DNA from: Macrostomum lignano
Taxonomy: Eukaryota
Length of the DNA: 64,000 nucleotides
Direction: 5' to 3'
Assembly (NCBI GenBank): GCA_002269645.1
Contig: NIVC01001794.1
Coordinates: 62,001-126,000, forward strand
A program made the translations under genes and the position numbers. Below are positions 1 to 12,500 of the stretch, in pieces; the first letter of the stretch is position 1; the number at the start of each line of letters is the position of its first letter. The notes beneath the pieces were generated by a model that searched no databases, was not told the DNA's origin, and saw only the letters and a program-made list of their open reading frames with translations.

Positions 1-201
1 CATGGTACCCAACCCATTTTTATTGAAAGCGTTATTATTTTAAGTCGCCATATGCCCAAGTAAATAAATATTTGCATGATTTGTAGGCATTCAAGCAGGC
101 GCACAACCAACAGTGACTGTGAGGCAATTCTGCTCATTCAGCTTTCTACTAACTACGCTCGTATTTCTGGTTTAAGTGACCAATTAATTACAGCAACTTA
201 C

Positions 202-792
202 AGACTCCGACGCGAACGGAGATAAGCAGAGAAACGCGGGCAGAAAAGACAGCCGTTCGAACAGCACCGGCACCTCAGTATTGTAATTCCAGTTCTCCAT
301 CTGAAGCAGGAATCTGGCAAATACTCGGACACCATCAATTTGCAATTCGACCAATTCAATAATCATCTGCAGGACAGCTTTGTAGAAAGTCTCAGTCAGT
401 CTTTGACGCTTCATCAGCGTGTGCAAATCGGTGAATAGCCGGCTAAAGACCTCGGCTCGGACGTCAGCTGGCAGCTCTTGCCACAGAACCGTAACCAGGC
501 CAGAGTCGCCAGACTCGAGCAGATGTGGCGTCAGCGGACTCAAGGCCGACATTGGCGCAGTGAAAGTGCCGGCAGCCAGCAGGCCCAAGTAGTGAACAAG
601 GATTGCCCGGACTTCGGTCGGATGCGACCGGGACAGCAGCTCGGAGATGTGAGTAACTCCGGCTACACCGTGGACTCGAAGGCCGCATAAGGGGCGGCCA
701 GCAGATAGAAACTGACTGCTTGGACCGCCCACCTGGCTAGCAAGGTAATCTAATGCAGAGTCAGCATCTCGCAGCTCTATGTTAGTGCTCAT
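202..792 (-). CDS. UBE4B: Internal exon of ubiquitin conjugation factor E4 B (Ufd2)-like gene
   Basis: ORF 184..792(-): VRAILVHYLGLLAAGTFTAP...FYKAVLQMIIELVE...FERLSFLPAFLCLSPFASE resembles, from memory, the UBE4B segment ending [26 protein letters not shown] donor at minus 201-196 ends the exon at 202. The 5' acceptor is uncertain (732 or further upstream). The rest of the gene was not located. Confidence 0.75.
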
Positions 793-974
793 GTCTTAGC
801 CAAGTACTGTAGCACATGAAATTTTAATATAGTTAGTTATACCAATTAACATATAGTGGACACATTATATAGTGCACAAGTAACTTCCACATTACTACTT
901 ATATCTAGTAATATGATGAAAGTTTCATCTAGATTTTAGACTGTTAAAAGATTATGGTAATAAATACTACCCAA

Positions 975-1279
975 CAGTGGCGGATCCAGAGTTTCATTTG
1001 GGGGGGGCGGTCCAAGTTTGGGGCGCCAACATGAGTGTAAGGGGCGCCAATTTTTAAGCTAGGGGGCGCAAAAATGCGTGTAGGGGCGAAAAATCAAGCT
1101 TAGGGGCGCTAAAAAGGCGTTTGGGGGCGAAAAATCAAGCTTAGGGGCGCTAAAAAGGCGTTTGGGGCGAAAAATCACGTTTAGGGGCGCAAATTTAGGT
1201 TTTTTGGGGGGCGCAATATGTTTGGTTAAGCTATTTTGGAGGGGGGGGGGGCGGCCACTCCCCCCAAAATCCGCCCCTG
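975..1279. mobile_element. Non-autonomous hAT-type MITE
   Basis: Imperfect TIRs CAGTGGCGGAT...ATCCGCCCCTG, exact 8-bp TSD CTACCCAA (967-974 and 1280-1287), internal repeats of a TAGGGGCG motif. Confidence 0.85.
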
Positions 1280-3899
1280 CTACCCAATTAAAAATGCCAA
1301 ACTTGAACACAATTTTATTTAAAACTATAGTGACTTCAAAACTATTTCTAAGCAAAATGCAAATGCACTTTTGTCTATTTGCTAACAGTTTTATATTGAT
1401 CATTTGTAATAATTTAAATGTCAATTAAACAGTTTTTAAAAAATAACTTTAGGAAAATTTTAGCTATCAATAAGTATGTTTATAGAAAAAATGACTATCT
1501 ATTGCTAGATGGATCAGTTTCAAGATGGAAGGATAGAACAGCCTAGGACAGGTTGCCACATGTTTGTGACTCTTTGCCAAAACTACCCTCAATAATCTAG
1601 ATAAAGACTATTGAATAGCAATCTAAGGTGTTTAAGAGGCTCAATATTCCACAGTTGACCATTCACTAAAGCCATGGATTATGAATCAGCATTGATGCTG
1701 GTCATCACACTTTTCTAAGCAACACTTAAATGTATATATATGGTTTTTGGCACTCAAAAAAGGAGGGAATAAAAAGCAATGAAGCTAAAACCGAAGTCTG
1801 AAATATTTTGCTATTTTAAAAGGCTTAAATTTTTTTTAGTTTTTCTATAAACATATTTTTGTCAAAGTAGCCTACAAAGAAGTTTGAGTGCATTCAATCA
1901 AAAGTACTTTTTGCTACTTTCTGCTATATTTTTGTTTATAACTTTTGTTTCCATTGCCTATTTTAAAATATATTAAATTTAATATGAAGAAGAGAGTTGC
2001 TACTATAAAATGGTACAACATATTATTTGGACCATCTTAAAAAGAGATATAATCAAAAGTGCCATTAATTTTGACAAGGTTTTTATTGAAATTTTAATAG
2101 TTTTGCAACTTGAATACCAAAACAAAGTACCAAAACTTTGTCTTAGCCAACTTTGTTTTTATTGAAAGTTTGATAGTTTTGCAACTTGCTTGAGTACCAA
2201 AACAAAGTCAAGGCTAGTGTAATTTCAAATTTTACACTTTGCTCTAAAGAAAATATTTGCAAAAATCTCTTAAATATGAGTTCTTTTTAGTCAGAGGATA
2301 TGTCTATGCTCTAGGAAGCCAGTCAATAGCAGGGTGCCAGATTGCAATAAATTTCACAAATACATGTTTAAGTACTTTTTAATTAGCAGTTCTTTAAAAT
2401 TAGAAAGGACCAGTAATAGAAGTACTAAAAGTTACTTTTTTAAAGAGTACCAGTACCAGAACAAGTGCCAGAAGTTATTTTCCTTGGAAGTAGAAATTAC
2501 TTAACTGAAAATTACTTTTTCAAAGTAACTTGTCCAACACTAGAAATAGACACAAGCTATTACAATCAAAATAATGCAATGCAAAGTTAAATTGAGATAG
2601 TGCTAAAAAGCTAGAAACCTTTTGGTCATTGTTAATGCCATACTGGAATATATAGATTAGTGATTATTAGTTAGCAGTGTCTTGACACTCAGGTACCAAA
2701 GCTACCAAGGTAAATTGTATTGACAATGGTCTATATATAGTTAGTAAAAGATTTGTACTAGAGATAAAAGGATTATAATTGTTTTGGTGACAAGACATTT
2801 TGGTGACAAATGTTTTGATAAGAAGAAAAATATCCTTAGGTAATAGTTATTTTGTTTTTAGTGTCTAGTAAATATCTCTGCTTTTCTTGTAGTTAACATT
2901 TCAAAAGGATTCTCTATAGGTTTATGGTTTAGATGTCTGAATATTCTAGGAAAATTCAAAATGATCTGCATAGAAAGAATACCATATAATTAGTATGACT
3001 TTTTTATACATATTAATATTTTGATAGAATTTTTTAAATATGAATGAAACAAATAATTACAAGCTAATTAATATTATTACGCACCTGTCACTAACTAAAA
3101 AATTATATTTCTAATTTCTTTAACTTTTATCAATAACAAATTGTGTCTATAACAAAAGCAACTTGCTTCTAGGTTCTAATCAATTTGTCATCCAAATGAC
3201 TAGTACCTAGATAAAGTAAAGTCAAGTAAATAATTTTATAATGGAAACTTGATAACAATTGTAAAAAAAATTGCTTGGACAAAATTAGAAAACCTACTAC
3301 AATTGATAGTTAAATTGTTAATTGTAAATTGTTGATTAAACAATAGTACAAATATACCTATGCCAACTTGGTAGTATCTGTAGGATTTTTCATAAGCTTA
3401 GAAAAGATTATATTAACACTGTAACAACTTGGTAACATTGTTAGTATTATATAAGATAAAACAAAGCCCTTTGTAACAAATTAATAAGATTTAATTTTTT
3501 TATAGACCAAAATATTGAGTATGAAATCAGTGGTCCCACTCAGCTGCACCGATTTTTTTTGTGCCTGGTACTGAATTTCCGCGCCTGACAGTGTTGGCAT
3601 ATTTTTGAGTTGTAAATCAGTGTGCATTAAAAAATTCTATACTTAATCCTACATACTAGTAAGGCCTACATTATTGTGAAATAAACTAATTTTATGCAAA
3701 TGCTTGTAGATAAAGATATTACAAACTTACAAAAAATGAAACCAAAGCTAAGTGTCAACAAAAAATTTCCAAAAATGCCTCAATTCCTCAAATGATTTGT
3801 TTGAGGAATTGATTGAGTTAAAACCTGCTTCAATGATTAAAAAATATGTTTATTTTGCAAATAGAATAGCAAGCAAATACAAGATCGCGAGCATCCTTA

Positions 3900-4560
3900 A
3901 CATTCCACTTGTTGCTCTCTTTTTTTAGTAGCTTCTCATGCTGCCGCCTCAACTCATCTAGCTCTTTCCCTTTAGACTTTGAAGCTTTATGTACCTTTTC
4001 TAGCAGCTTCTATGCCAATTCTTTCCTTTCTAATATGCGCTCAATTTTCTTTTTTAAGTTCTCAATAGCCTCTTCCAAGTCTTTGAATGTCTTGCTTGAT
4101 TTTTTTTCAGATGAAACTTCAAGCCAGGGTGACTCTTCCAGTTGCTTTTGCTGCGCCACTTCTTCCACCTTTCGTTTGTCTTTCAAGCACTGCCTATAAG
4201 TGGCATTGGCACTAATGTATAAATTGAGCAATCTAAAGAAGACTGGTAGTGTTGCCGCTGTCTAGCCCTTGACTTGAAGACATGGGGCTGCAACAATCAA
4301 AGAATTGATTGTCATAAGAGCCAAACTTCTAGGTTTATTTGTCATGACGTTGTTAAGGTTGCTAAAGATCTGCTCCACTTTGGCATTGCCATGCGGAAGC
4401 AGAAGCACCAATAATGCTATGCTCTAACCAGGCAAACAAGTAGTTTCCTGTTGCTTGCTTTCTTAACAGCGCTTCAAATTCAATGACTATTGGTTTATTG
4501 GCCACAATCTGAGCCTGGTCAATGGCATGCCAATGTAGTCGCATCTCAACCTCAAGACTG
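3900..4560 (-). pseudogene. Decayed hAT-like transposase C-terminus
   Basis: Minus strand ~4410-4365 reads ALLVLLLPHGNAKVEQIF, resembling the hAT dimerisation motif (LPHxNAxVERxFS). It is followed by a charged coiled-coil tail (ORF 4010..4231). Broken by frameshifts and stops. Confidence 0.6.
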
Positions 4561-5860
4561 CAAACATCTTTTATTCAAACAATAGTTCTGCCTTGGCTGA
4601 GACTTTCTTAAATTAGATTTATTTTGGATACATGAAACTAAAACAAGATGTACAAGGTATGAGTGTAAGATGAAAAAGTTACTGCTTTAAATACAAATTT
4701 GAAAAAAAAACAATGGTGCAAAAATTCACAAGGCTGTAATTTGCGCCTGGCCTCAATATTTGCGGATTTGCGCTTCTTTCATAAATTTTAGTGCTTGGTG
4801 CGAAATTTGCACCATAGTAAGACCATAGGCCTAGTATGAAATTAAGAATATAACATTAATTAACATAGAAGATATAGCTAACATGTTTTGAGAAACTGAA
4901 ATCAACAAAAGCTTCATTTTGCTAAAAATTCAAGTGTGAGAATATTTCTTAATAGGCCTTGGCCCTAGGTCTATTATTAAACTTAAATAAAGGCAAAGCT
5001 AAAAACGATTCTAAGGATAGGTTATAGATAGGTAGCATAAAATTTGTAGACAATAAAATACTCAATAGGCCTAAAGCCTAAAAGAAAAATTAAATATTAA
5101 TTTAATGTCAATGGCAATTGACATTGTCAAGTTCCATTGGCATTTGTTAAATTATTTTGACTCTAGAAAAGTCTACAAACTATTTTAAGTATAAATAAAG
5201 ATTTTAGGAGACTTAAGCCTGATTAAGCACTCTTACCTAAACTTAATGAGATATTACTATTACTAAGTAAATGTGAAAAGTAAAAGCATTTTTTATTTGC
5301 ATACACATAGTAGGCTTACTTTGTCTTAAAAAAACAAACTATGCTGTTATAACTTATGGTAGGCCTATGCTAACACTATCAGTTAGAAATTGTTCAAGCT
5401 TTCATTAAGGCATTGCAGTAGAACTGATAGGCCCTAGGCCACATATAGACAGACTGTACTGTCTGTACAGAACAGTAACAAGCGAACAGAATAAAAGGCC
5501 ACAGCCACACGTTGATGCCGCCGCACCTTGACGGCATAATTTGCACTTTAGTCGAAACAAGTACTCAAAAAACAGTTTCAGCCCTTGGACAGGTGTACAC
5601 TTTATTTTTATGCTTACGATATATGTTTTGTGTGTTAATTTTTTCTGATATTAGGCTTATTATTCGTTTATACACCTAAATTTAGAAGATCTGCTTCACT
5701 ATTTGTTATACTTGATAGTAAAATTAGTGATATGACGAAGTTATAACCCTCCCAGTTTTAACGTGTCAAGCACATGCTGCAAGTACTGATACGGACGACC
5801 CCTCTCTTTTGAACGTAACCCCACCCCTTTTCTTAGCGGATTAAATCGCGGCTTGGTAGG

Positions 5861-5868
5861 TGACGTCA
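5861..5868. promoter_or_regulatory. CRE/ATF-type palindrome TGACGTCA in a CpG-richer island
   Basis: Exact TGACGTCA in a locally GC/CpG-rich patch; may belong to the upstream region of the UBE4B-like gene (inference). Confidence 0.25.
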
Positions 5869-6564
5869 CTTGGCTGATAGCAACGCCGCTGTTAGAGCTA
5901 CAGATCTCCGGCCGGGCCTCTTACGAGAACGAGAACCTATGCAGAAAACGCAGAATTCAACATAAAGTTAGGCTTAAAATCTCCGGTGCTCTGATGGTCA
6001 TACATGTATAATATACAGAGTCAATGAAGTTATTAATTTGTTGAGACATTATAGCCCTTTGAGGTCGTTACAGCATGTATGCTATGTACATGTACAAAGT
6101 GCTTAATTTTCAAAGAGTTCGACACTAATAGAATTCACTACATGCCTTGTATCGTTATGCGAAATGCCACTTGGCCCCACTATGACTGTTTTATTACGGC
6201 AATTTTTTTACACAGCCCCGTACTATATATATGTACGTACACGATCAGTTTAACGTGATTACTATAGTCTGGCCGACCGTACGTACCCGCGACGCCTATC
6301 GACGTCGATGATAATGTGCTTTTGACATTTTACATTGACGGATAACGTCAACAATTCATACGTCGGCCGAATTTCGATGTAATTTAAAAATACTATTCCG
6401 TTTTCTGTAGACGAGTGAAACATACTGTGTAATTTTTGTCTAATAGAATGCTCTGGATAGAGACTAGTAGACTTTGATAGCTTTGTGAAAAAAGAGATAA
6501 TTTTCGTGAAGCCAATGGTCAGTCAAATTACTAGTATAGTGACAAAGTGAGAATTATGAATGCG

Positions 6565-7012
6565 TTTCATGAGAAGTTGTGACAAATTGACAAGTTACAG
6601 GTGACAAGTGACAATAATTGTCTAGCGCTATCCTGGCCGATCTGCTTATAAACATACACTACGCTCTTGCGGATCTATGGTGTACGCAGTATTAAAATAA
6701 AATTTGACAAGCGGTCCGTGTACTTGTCAAGTATGCTCAAGACGAGGATCGACGGTCTTTGTAGCAGACTGAGAGCCGGGCTAACAAACTTAATTAGCAC
6801 GGTCTTTGTAGCAGACTGAGAGCCGGGCTAACAAACTTAATTAGCGAAAATACGCCATTCGGCCAATAGACTTGGAATTTTGAGCGAGCTACTTTTGAAA
6901 ATTGTCAAGCATTTTGTAAAAGCTGAATGAAACAGAAGAAACTACAATTTGTCACTTGTCACACTTATCACTTGTTAAATTGTCACTTTTCATTTGTAGT
7001 TTTCTCATGAAA
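6565..7012. mobile_element. Degenerate inverted-repeat (MITE-like) element with internal 47-bp tandem duplication
   Basis: TTTCATGAGAA...GTGACAAGTGACAA (6565-6614) is mirrored by TTGTCACTTGTCAC...TTCTCATGAAA (6949-7012). Exact 47-bp direct duplication at 6752-6798 and 6799-6845. No TSD recognised. Confidence 0.45.
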
Positions 7013-8339
7013 TACACCCTGCACTGTTGGTCTTTTTGATATAGGAATGTGATCACAGTAGGGCCGGATACCAGAAGCCGGAGATCCTAAAACAAACCTT
7101 GAAGTCTCAGGGGTGGGGAGATCAGAAAGTACCATCGTGATAACAAAGCAGCTATCATTTACCGACCCGAACAATTTAGGACAGGTTGGTACCCCTTTGC
7201 TTGTCTAGCCAGCGCGTTGCCTCGTGTTTTGTCTTTGTTACTGTGTAGGCTTTAGCCAAGTAATTTCCAAAGTTCCTTACTTGTTGCTTATTCAATTTAA
7301 TTTCTCCTCAATAAGCAGTGATATGACAAAAGGATAAGGTCAGAACCAATTCGAACTGGCCTACCTCGTGAAAACCGATTAGCCACTTCTATACTTAATT
7401 ATGCCCAGCCATATCCATATGGCAACTCTGTCGTGCAACTGAAGCCACCAGAGATCAACAAAGGTGAACGGTCGTGACGACTGTGCATATCGGCACTAGA
7501 ACCCAGGGTCGCATTACCCATTTTGTCCTATGCTTCAGCTAGGCCTATGTAATAACCAACCCAGTCAGCAATGCAACAGTTAGGCATCAAACCAAAAACA
7601 GTAAGAGACAGAGAAGGTTAAGTAATTTTGTACAGCAAATTAGTGAGCTTTAGGACCGTGAGAAAATACAAGTAAGATTTATTGTAACGAGTGTGTGCTC
7701 ACTGCTTATGTTTTGTTTACCGCGGTGACAGCCACACATTTTAGACTGTAAGAGCAGAGTAGCCCTGTACTGCACCGAGGGCCAGCCCGCCTCATTTTTC
7801 AGTCTCTCCACTCCACATTGTCCGATGCACTCAGCCTGCTGAATTTCCATGTACTACAAACCCTAATTGTCTCAGGCTGCCAGTCCTAGTGACGCTTTGC
7901 AGGACTTTTAAGCTCCACTCGACCAGTCCACTTTCTCAGTCTGGTTTTGCACCTGCGAACCCTATAATTTAGAATTGCATTGTACGTTTCTCATTGGTCA
8001 TTGGAGCCTCAAAAGCCTCAAGAAGGGTTTGAATAGTTGAATATAAAACTCATCGCATAAAAGCCGCGAAATGAAAATTGGTGGCACACAAAACCACAGA
8101 CTTTTATCCCAGCTTTGCTCAGTTTAACTATAGCCATAGTCTCGTCTTCTAATAAGTTCGGTGAGTGAATTAGCGATCATGCTCACTATCTGCATGCATA
8201 GTGATTGTTACTGTATTGCTCAAGGTTTTCAGCTTGAATAATCTTGAAGTTTAAAAAATAAAAGGTATCTATCTTGCCCCTCGTTATCTACGAAAGTTAT
8301 GTATAGTTTTGAATGTTATTTTCTGGGCTCCCACAGCAG

Positions 8340-9235
8340 TGGCTGAGAGACAGGGGCACCCACCTATAGCTGAGACAGGGGCACCCACCTATAGGAGACA
8401 GGGGCACCCACCTATAGCTGAGACAGGGGCACCCACCTAGGAGACAGGGGCACCCACCTAGGAGACAGGGGCACCCACCTATAGCTGAGACAGGGGCACC
8501 CACCTATCGCTGAGACAGGGGCACCCACCTATAGCTGAGACAAGGGCACCCACCTAGGAGATAGGGGCACCCACCTATAAGAGACAAGGGCACCCAAACT
8601 AAGAGACAGGGGCACCCAACCTAGGAGACGGGACACCCACCTATAGGAGACAGGGGCTCCCACCTATAGGAGACAAGGGCACCCAAACTAGGAGACGGGG
8701 GCACCCACCTATAGGAGACAGGGGCACCCAACCTAGGAGACGGGGGCAGTGGGGGCACCCAACCTAGGAGACGGGGGCAGTGGGGGCACCCAACCTAGGA
8801 GACGGGGCAGTGGGGGCACCCAACCTAGGAGACGGGGCAGTGGGGGCACCCAACCTAGGAGACAGGGGCAGTGGGGGCACCCAACCTAGGAGACGGGGCA
8901 GTGGGGGCACCCAACCTAGGAGACGGGGCAGTGGGGGCACCCAACCTAGGAGACAGGGGCAGTGGGGGCACCCACCTATAGGAGACAGGGGCACCCAACC
9001 TAGGAGACGGGGGCAGTGGGGGCACCCAACCTAGGAGACGGGGGCAGTGGGGGCACCCAACCTAGGAGACGGGGGCAGTGGGGGCACCCAACCTAGGAGA
9101 CAGGGGCAGTGGGGGCACCCAACCTAGGAGACAGGGGCAGTGGGGGCACCCAACCTAGGAGACAGGGGCAGTGGGGGCACCCAACCTAGGAGACAGGGGC
9201 AGTGGGGGCACCCAACCTAGGAGACAGGGGCACCC
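8340..9235. repeat. GC-rich minisatellite (GGAGAC(A/G)GGGGCA(GTGGGG)GCACCCAACCTA-type units, ~20-32 bp)
   Basis: Directly visible tandem array that shifts from short GGGGCACCCACCTATA units to longer units containing GCAGTGGGGGCACCC. Confidence 0.95.
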
Positions 9236-9580
9236 ACTAAGAGTCAAGGGTGCTCATCAAGAGACAGGGAGCGCCCACAAAAACAACAAATTGTGGCACC
9301 CCTAAGGGTTGCGGCCCCTCCAATTCAAATCTATGCGTATCCCTAGCTACGATTTGTACATTAGCTGGTGCCTCTTATTTATTAAGGTTGCTAATTACTT
9401 TCCAATTTTTTAATTTCTAACTGTTTACAGAAAAATTTCTTTTCTAAAGAAAGCAAATTTATTCGGTAAACATTTCACAGGCTCAAGTAACTCTGCGCTA
9501 TAAACTTGCCGATAGTTTTCTAGCGAGAATAATGCAATTATTACATATGAAAATGAACACAAAATTTTAGTTTCACAAAA

Positions 9581-12500
9581 ATGGCAGGCGCCATGCTGGG
9601 ACTCTGGCTGGTGCTGCAGCTGCTGCTAACCGGACCTCAAGACGTATTGGCGATTGGAAATTGTTCGGATGCAGTAAGCGATTGACTGACTCACTGGCTT
9701 ATGTAGAATTGCAGTGGCGTAGCTAGGATTTTGAAATGGAGAGATAACTGAAAATGTCGAAGCCATAGTCAAATAGAATAGGGTTTTTGTAATTTTTGCT
9801 TTACGTATGCATTAAAAAAGTACCTTTATCATTACTAATAGGCTAAAAAACTTTCTTAACTTTCTAAAAAAACTGAAAAAGCCGTCAGACATCTGCCCTG
9901 TGACTACGGCATTTTGGGAACTCAGGATTCGCGAAAACATCGTTGTATCCCCCACCCCAGCGACGCAACTGTAGAATTGTTACATTATAAACATTTCTTA
10001 AAAATAATGCTTAATTACACCGTAAAATGTGTCAGTTTGTGCACGTTCTATGAATTACCTCATTACCTACACTGGGGTGCAAAGAACTCAAGAAAAAAGT
10101 TTAGCGTTTAACAATGGAAGGGCCCGTCGACTCTATTCGCTATCAGTTAAGCCAACAAATCGCATGATTCATGCAAACATGGACATGTAAAAGCCGTGTG
10201 ATCACGTGTATTTTAATCATTTTTATGCTGTCTTAAATTATCATAAAAAGTTACAAGTACGCAAGTCATTTACAAAATTAATGCATCTCGGGTGTGTGGA
10301 AAGTGCTCTCGGGTGTCAACACTTAAAAGTTAACTTGGAGTGAACCAGTATGTCTCTCTATTCACCAAGTAGGCCAAGGATCTGCTAGATTCGTAAAATC
10401 ATGTAGGAAAATAAACATCCGCAGTCCTGAACATAACTGTTCAGTATAACAAATACGAGCCAGCACAAAAAATTAAGCGCAAGCTTTAAATTACTTTACA
10501 CAATCAATACCTCAGTGTTTTTAAACATGTAAAAATATTAAAGCGGACGCAAAATTTTAGACTCAAATGTACTGCCCAACAACGAAATTCTGCAAAACTA
10601 TAGAGATCTGCATCGAAGAACTTCAAACCATCGAAAAAAACTGTTCCGAACGAAACATGGTAAGCATGAGGATGCATGTCTGATTCTAATCCCCGAGAAG
10701 TGACTCATGCGTTCAAAAATTAAAACACACTTTCCGCAGAACTTCTGTCCGAAACAAGGATTCTGCTACAACCGAACGCTTTACCTGCCTTGGTCCACTT
10801 GTGACTATGCGAGTGAGAGATGCGACAATTTTACAGACTCAAGCGAGCCTGTCGAACTGGGCCGCTGCTATGGTGGATTCAACTTGTGTCTGGAAAAGAA
10901 GCAGTGCGACCAGGTGTCAGCGAAGAGGTCGTGCCCAAACAACAAGACTATAATCACATCGGTCTCGCCGACTAACTCCTGCTTCGTGCCTGCGACGCTG
11001 AATGTTCGCTTCACCGTTGTGCAGCAGGTAGGTCCACCAGTGATGAGACTCGGGTCCCACCGGCTCGACAACAGCCGCATCGGTCAGGAGATTCAGCTCA
11101 ACAGATTACTCGACAACAACAGCTGCGTGAGCGCAGACGCACTGGGAATGTCTAGCTACGCTGGCTACAATGCGACAATTTCGTGGGTTACGCTGAAGAT
11201 GCGCTTCGTCGACAAGGACAACAACTTGGTTGCCGAGTGTCAGCCTACCTACGGATTCCTGGTTCCGCCGAAGCCAGTACCATCAATTGGCTTCCCGACA
11301 GTGGTAGTGCGAAAGAACGGCACCGCCACTATGTACGACTATCTGTATCCGGGAAATATTCTGAACGCTACTATCGACAAGTCGAATGCATCCGCACCGT
11401 GGTGCGACAGTCTCGGTCGCTCCGAGTTTCCTGGACCCGGACCCAATGACCAGATTCGTCGGCTATGCCGAGAAGGGCCGAGGAAAGCCGCCTACTGCTA
11501 TATTGAAGCACCGAGACTCTATACCGCCTATTCGTTCTACACCTACTCTTATATGGTGGCGCTCCTACCAAACAGTTTGGCTCTGGATATCTCCTGTTAT
11601 CGATTGAAAATGTGCGCATGAGTTTGCACCTCAGACAGCCAGGCGATGCGAATCTGACATGCAGATTGTGGAACGGACTGCTGCCGATGCGCGACACGTC
11701 TCCGGCTGACAGAAGCTACTTTGGAGACGAGATTCTCCGAGTCGAGTACAGGCTAGGCTGCTCCTACGGCTACGAGCCCTGCCTTGTAACTAAAAACTGC
11801 GTCCGAGTTGGAAGTCCTTGTAGAGAGCAGCTCAATTGCAGCATGGTGAGTCTTGAATTTTGTGCACAATTTAAAATTTAATTATTACAGTACTTTCAAA
11901 GTATTGGTTAGAGCTAACTTGCAAATGAAAATGCTATGCTTTTCAGGGAACGATCGACTGCCCAGCGGCGAATAGCTGCGCAAACATCAGCTCGTGCATT
12001 GACAGTATGATTGCGATGGAGAAGAACTGCGCAGCAATCGACCAGGCAAGTACAATATTTATACCTTTTAATTACATGGTTACATACAATTGTAGAGTAA
12101 GCCTAGCGCGTTACATACGTTTCGCTAGTTGGCCTAGAAAATTCAGTGATATACTCGTATACATGTCTAGACGCATTGAAACACACTTTCTACAGAAATT
12201 CTGTCCGAAACAAGGATTCTGCTACAACCGAACGCTTTACCTGCCTTGGTCCACTTGTGACTATGCGAGTGAGAGATGCGACAATTTTACAGACTCAAGC
12301 GAGCCTGTCGAACTGGGCCGCTGCTATGGTGGATTCAACTTGTGTCTGGAAAAGAAGCAGTGCGACCAGGTGTCAGCGAAGAGGTCGTGCCCAAACAACA
12401 AGACTATAATCACATCGGTCTCGCCGACTAACTCCTGCTTCGTGCCTGCGACGCTGAATGTTCGCTTCACCGTTGTGCAGCAGGTAGGTCCACCAGTGAT

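Noticed and set aside
2210-2545. AAGTAC/AAGTAACT-rich patch ending CCAACACTA (possible MITE)
   Set aside because: The left TIR and TSD could not be identified.
7650-7900. Minus ORF with ...RLKNEAGWPSVQYR, faintly like a CR1/L2 LINE 3' end
   Set aside because: Too short and degenerate to support without a search.
8297-9034. Low-complexity ORFs here and at 34865-35249, 47610-48024, 49495-50178 and 51819-54605
   Set aside because: Translations of minisatellites with no splice or homology support.
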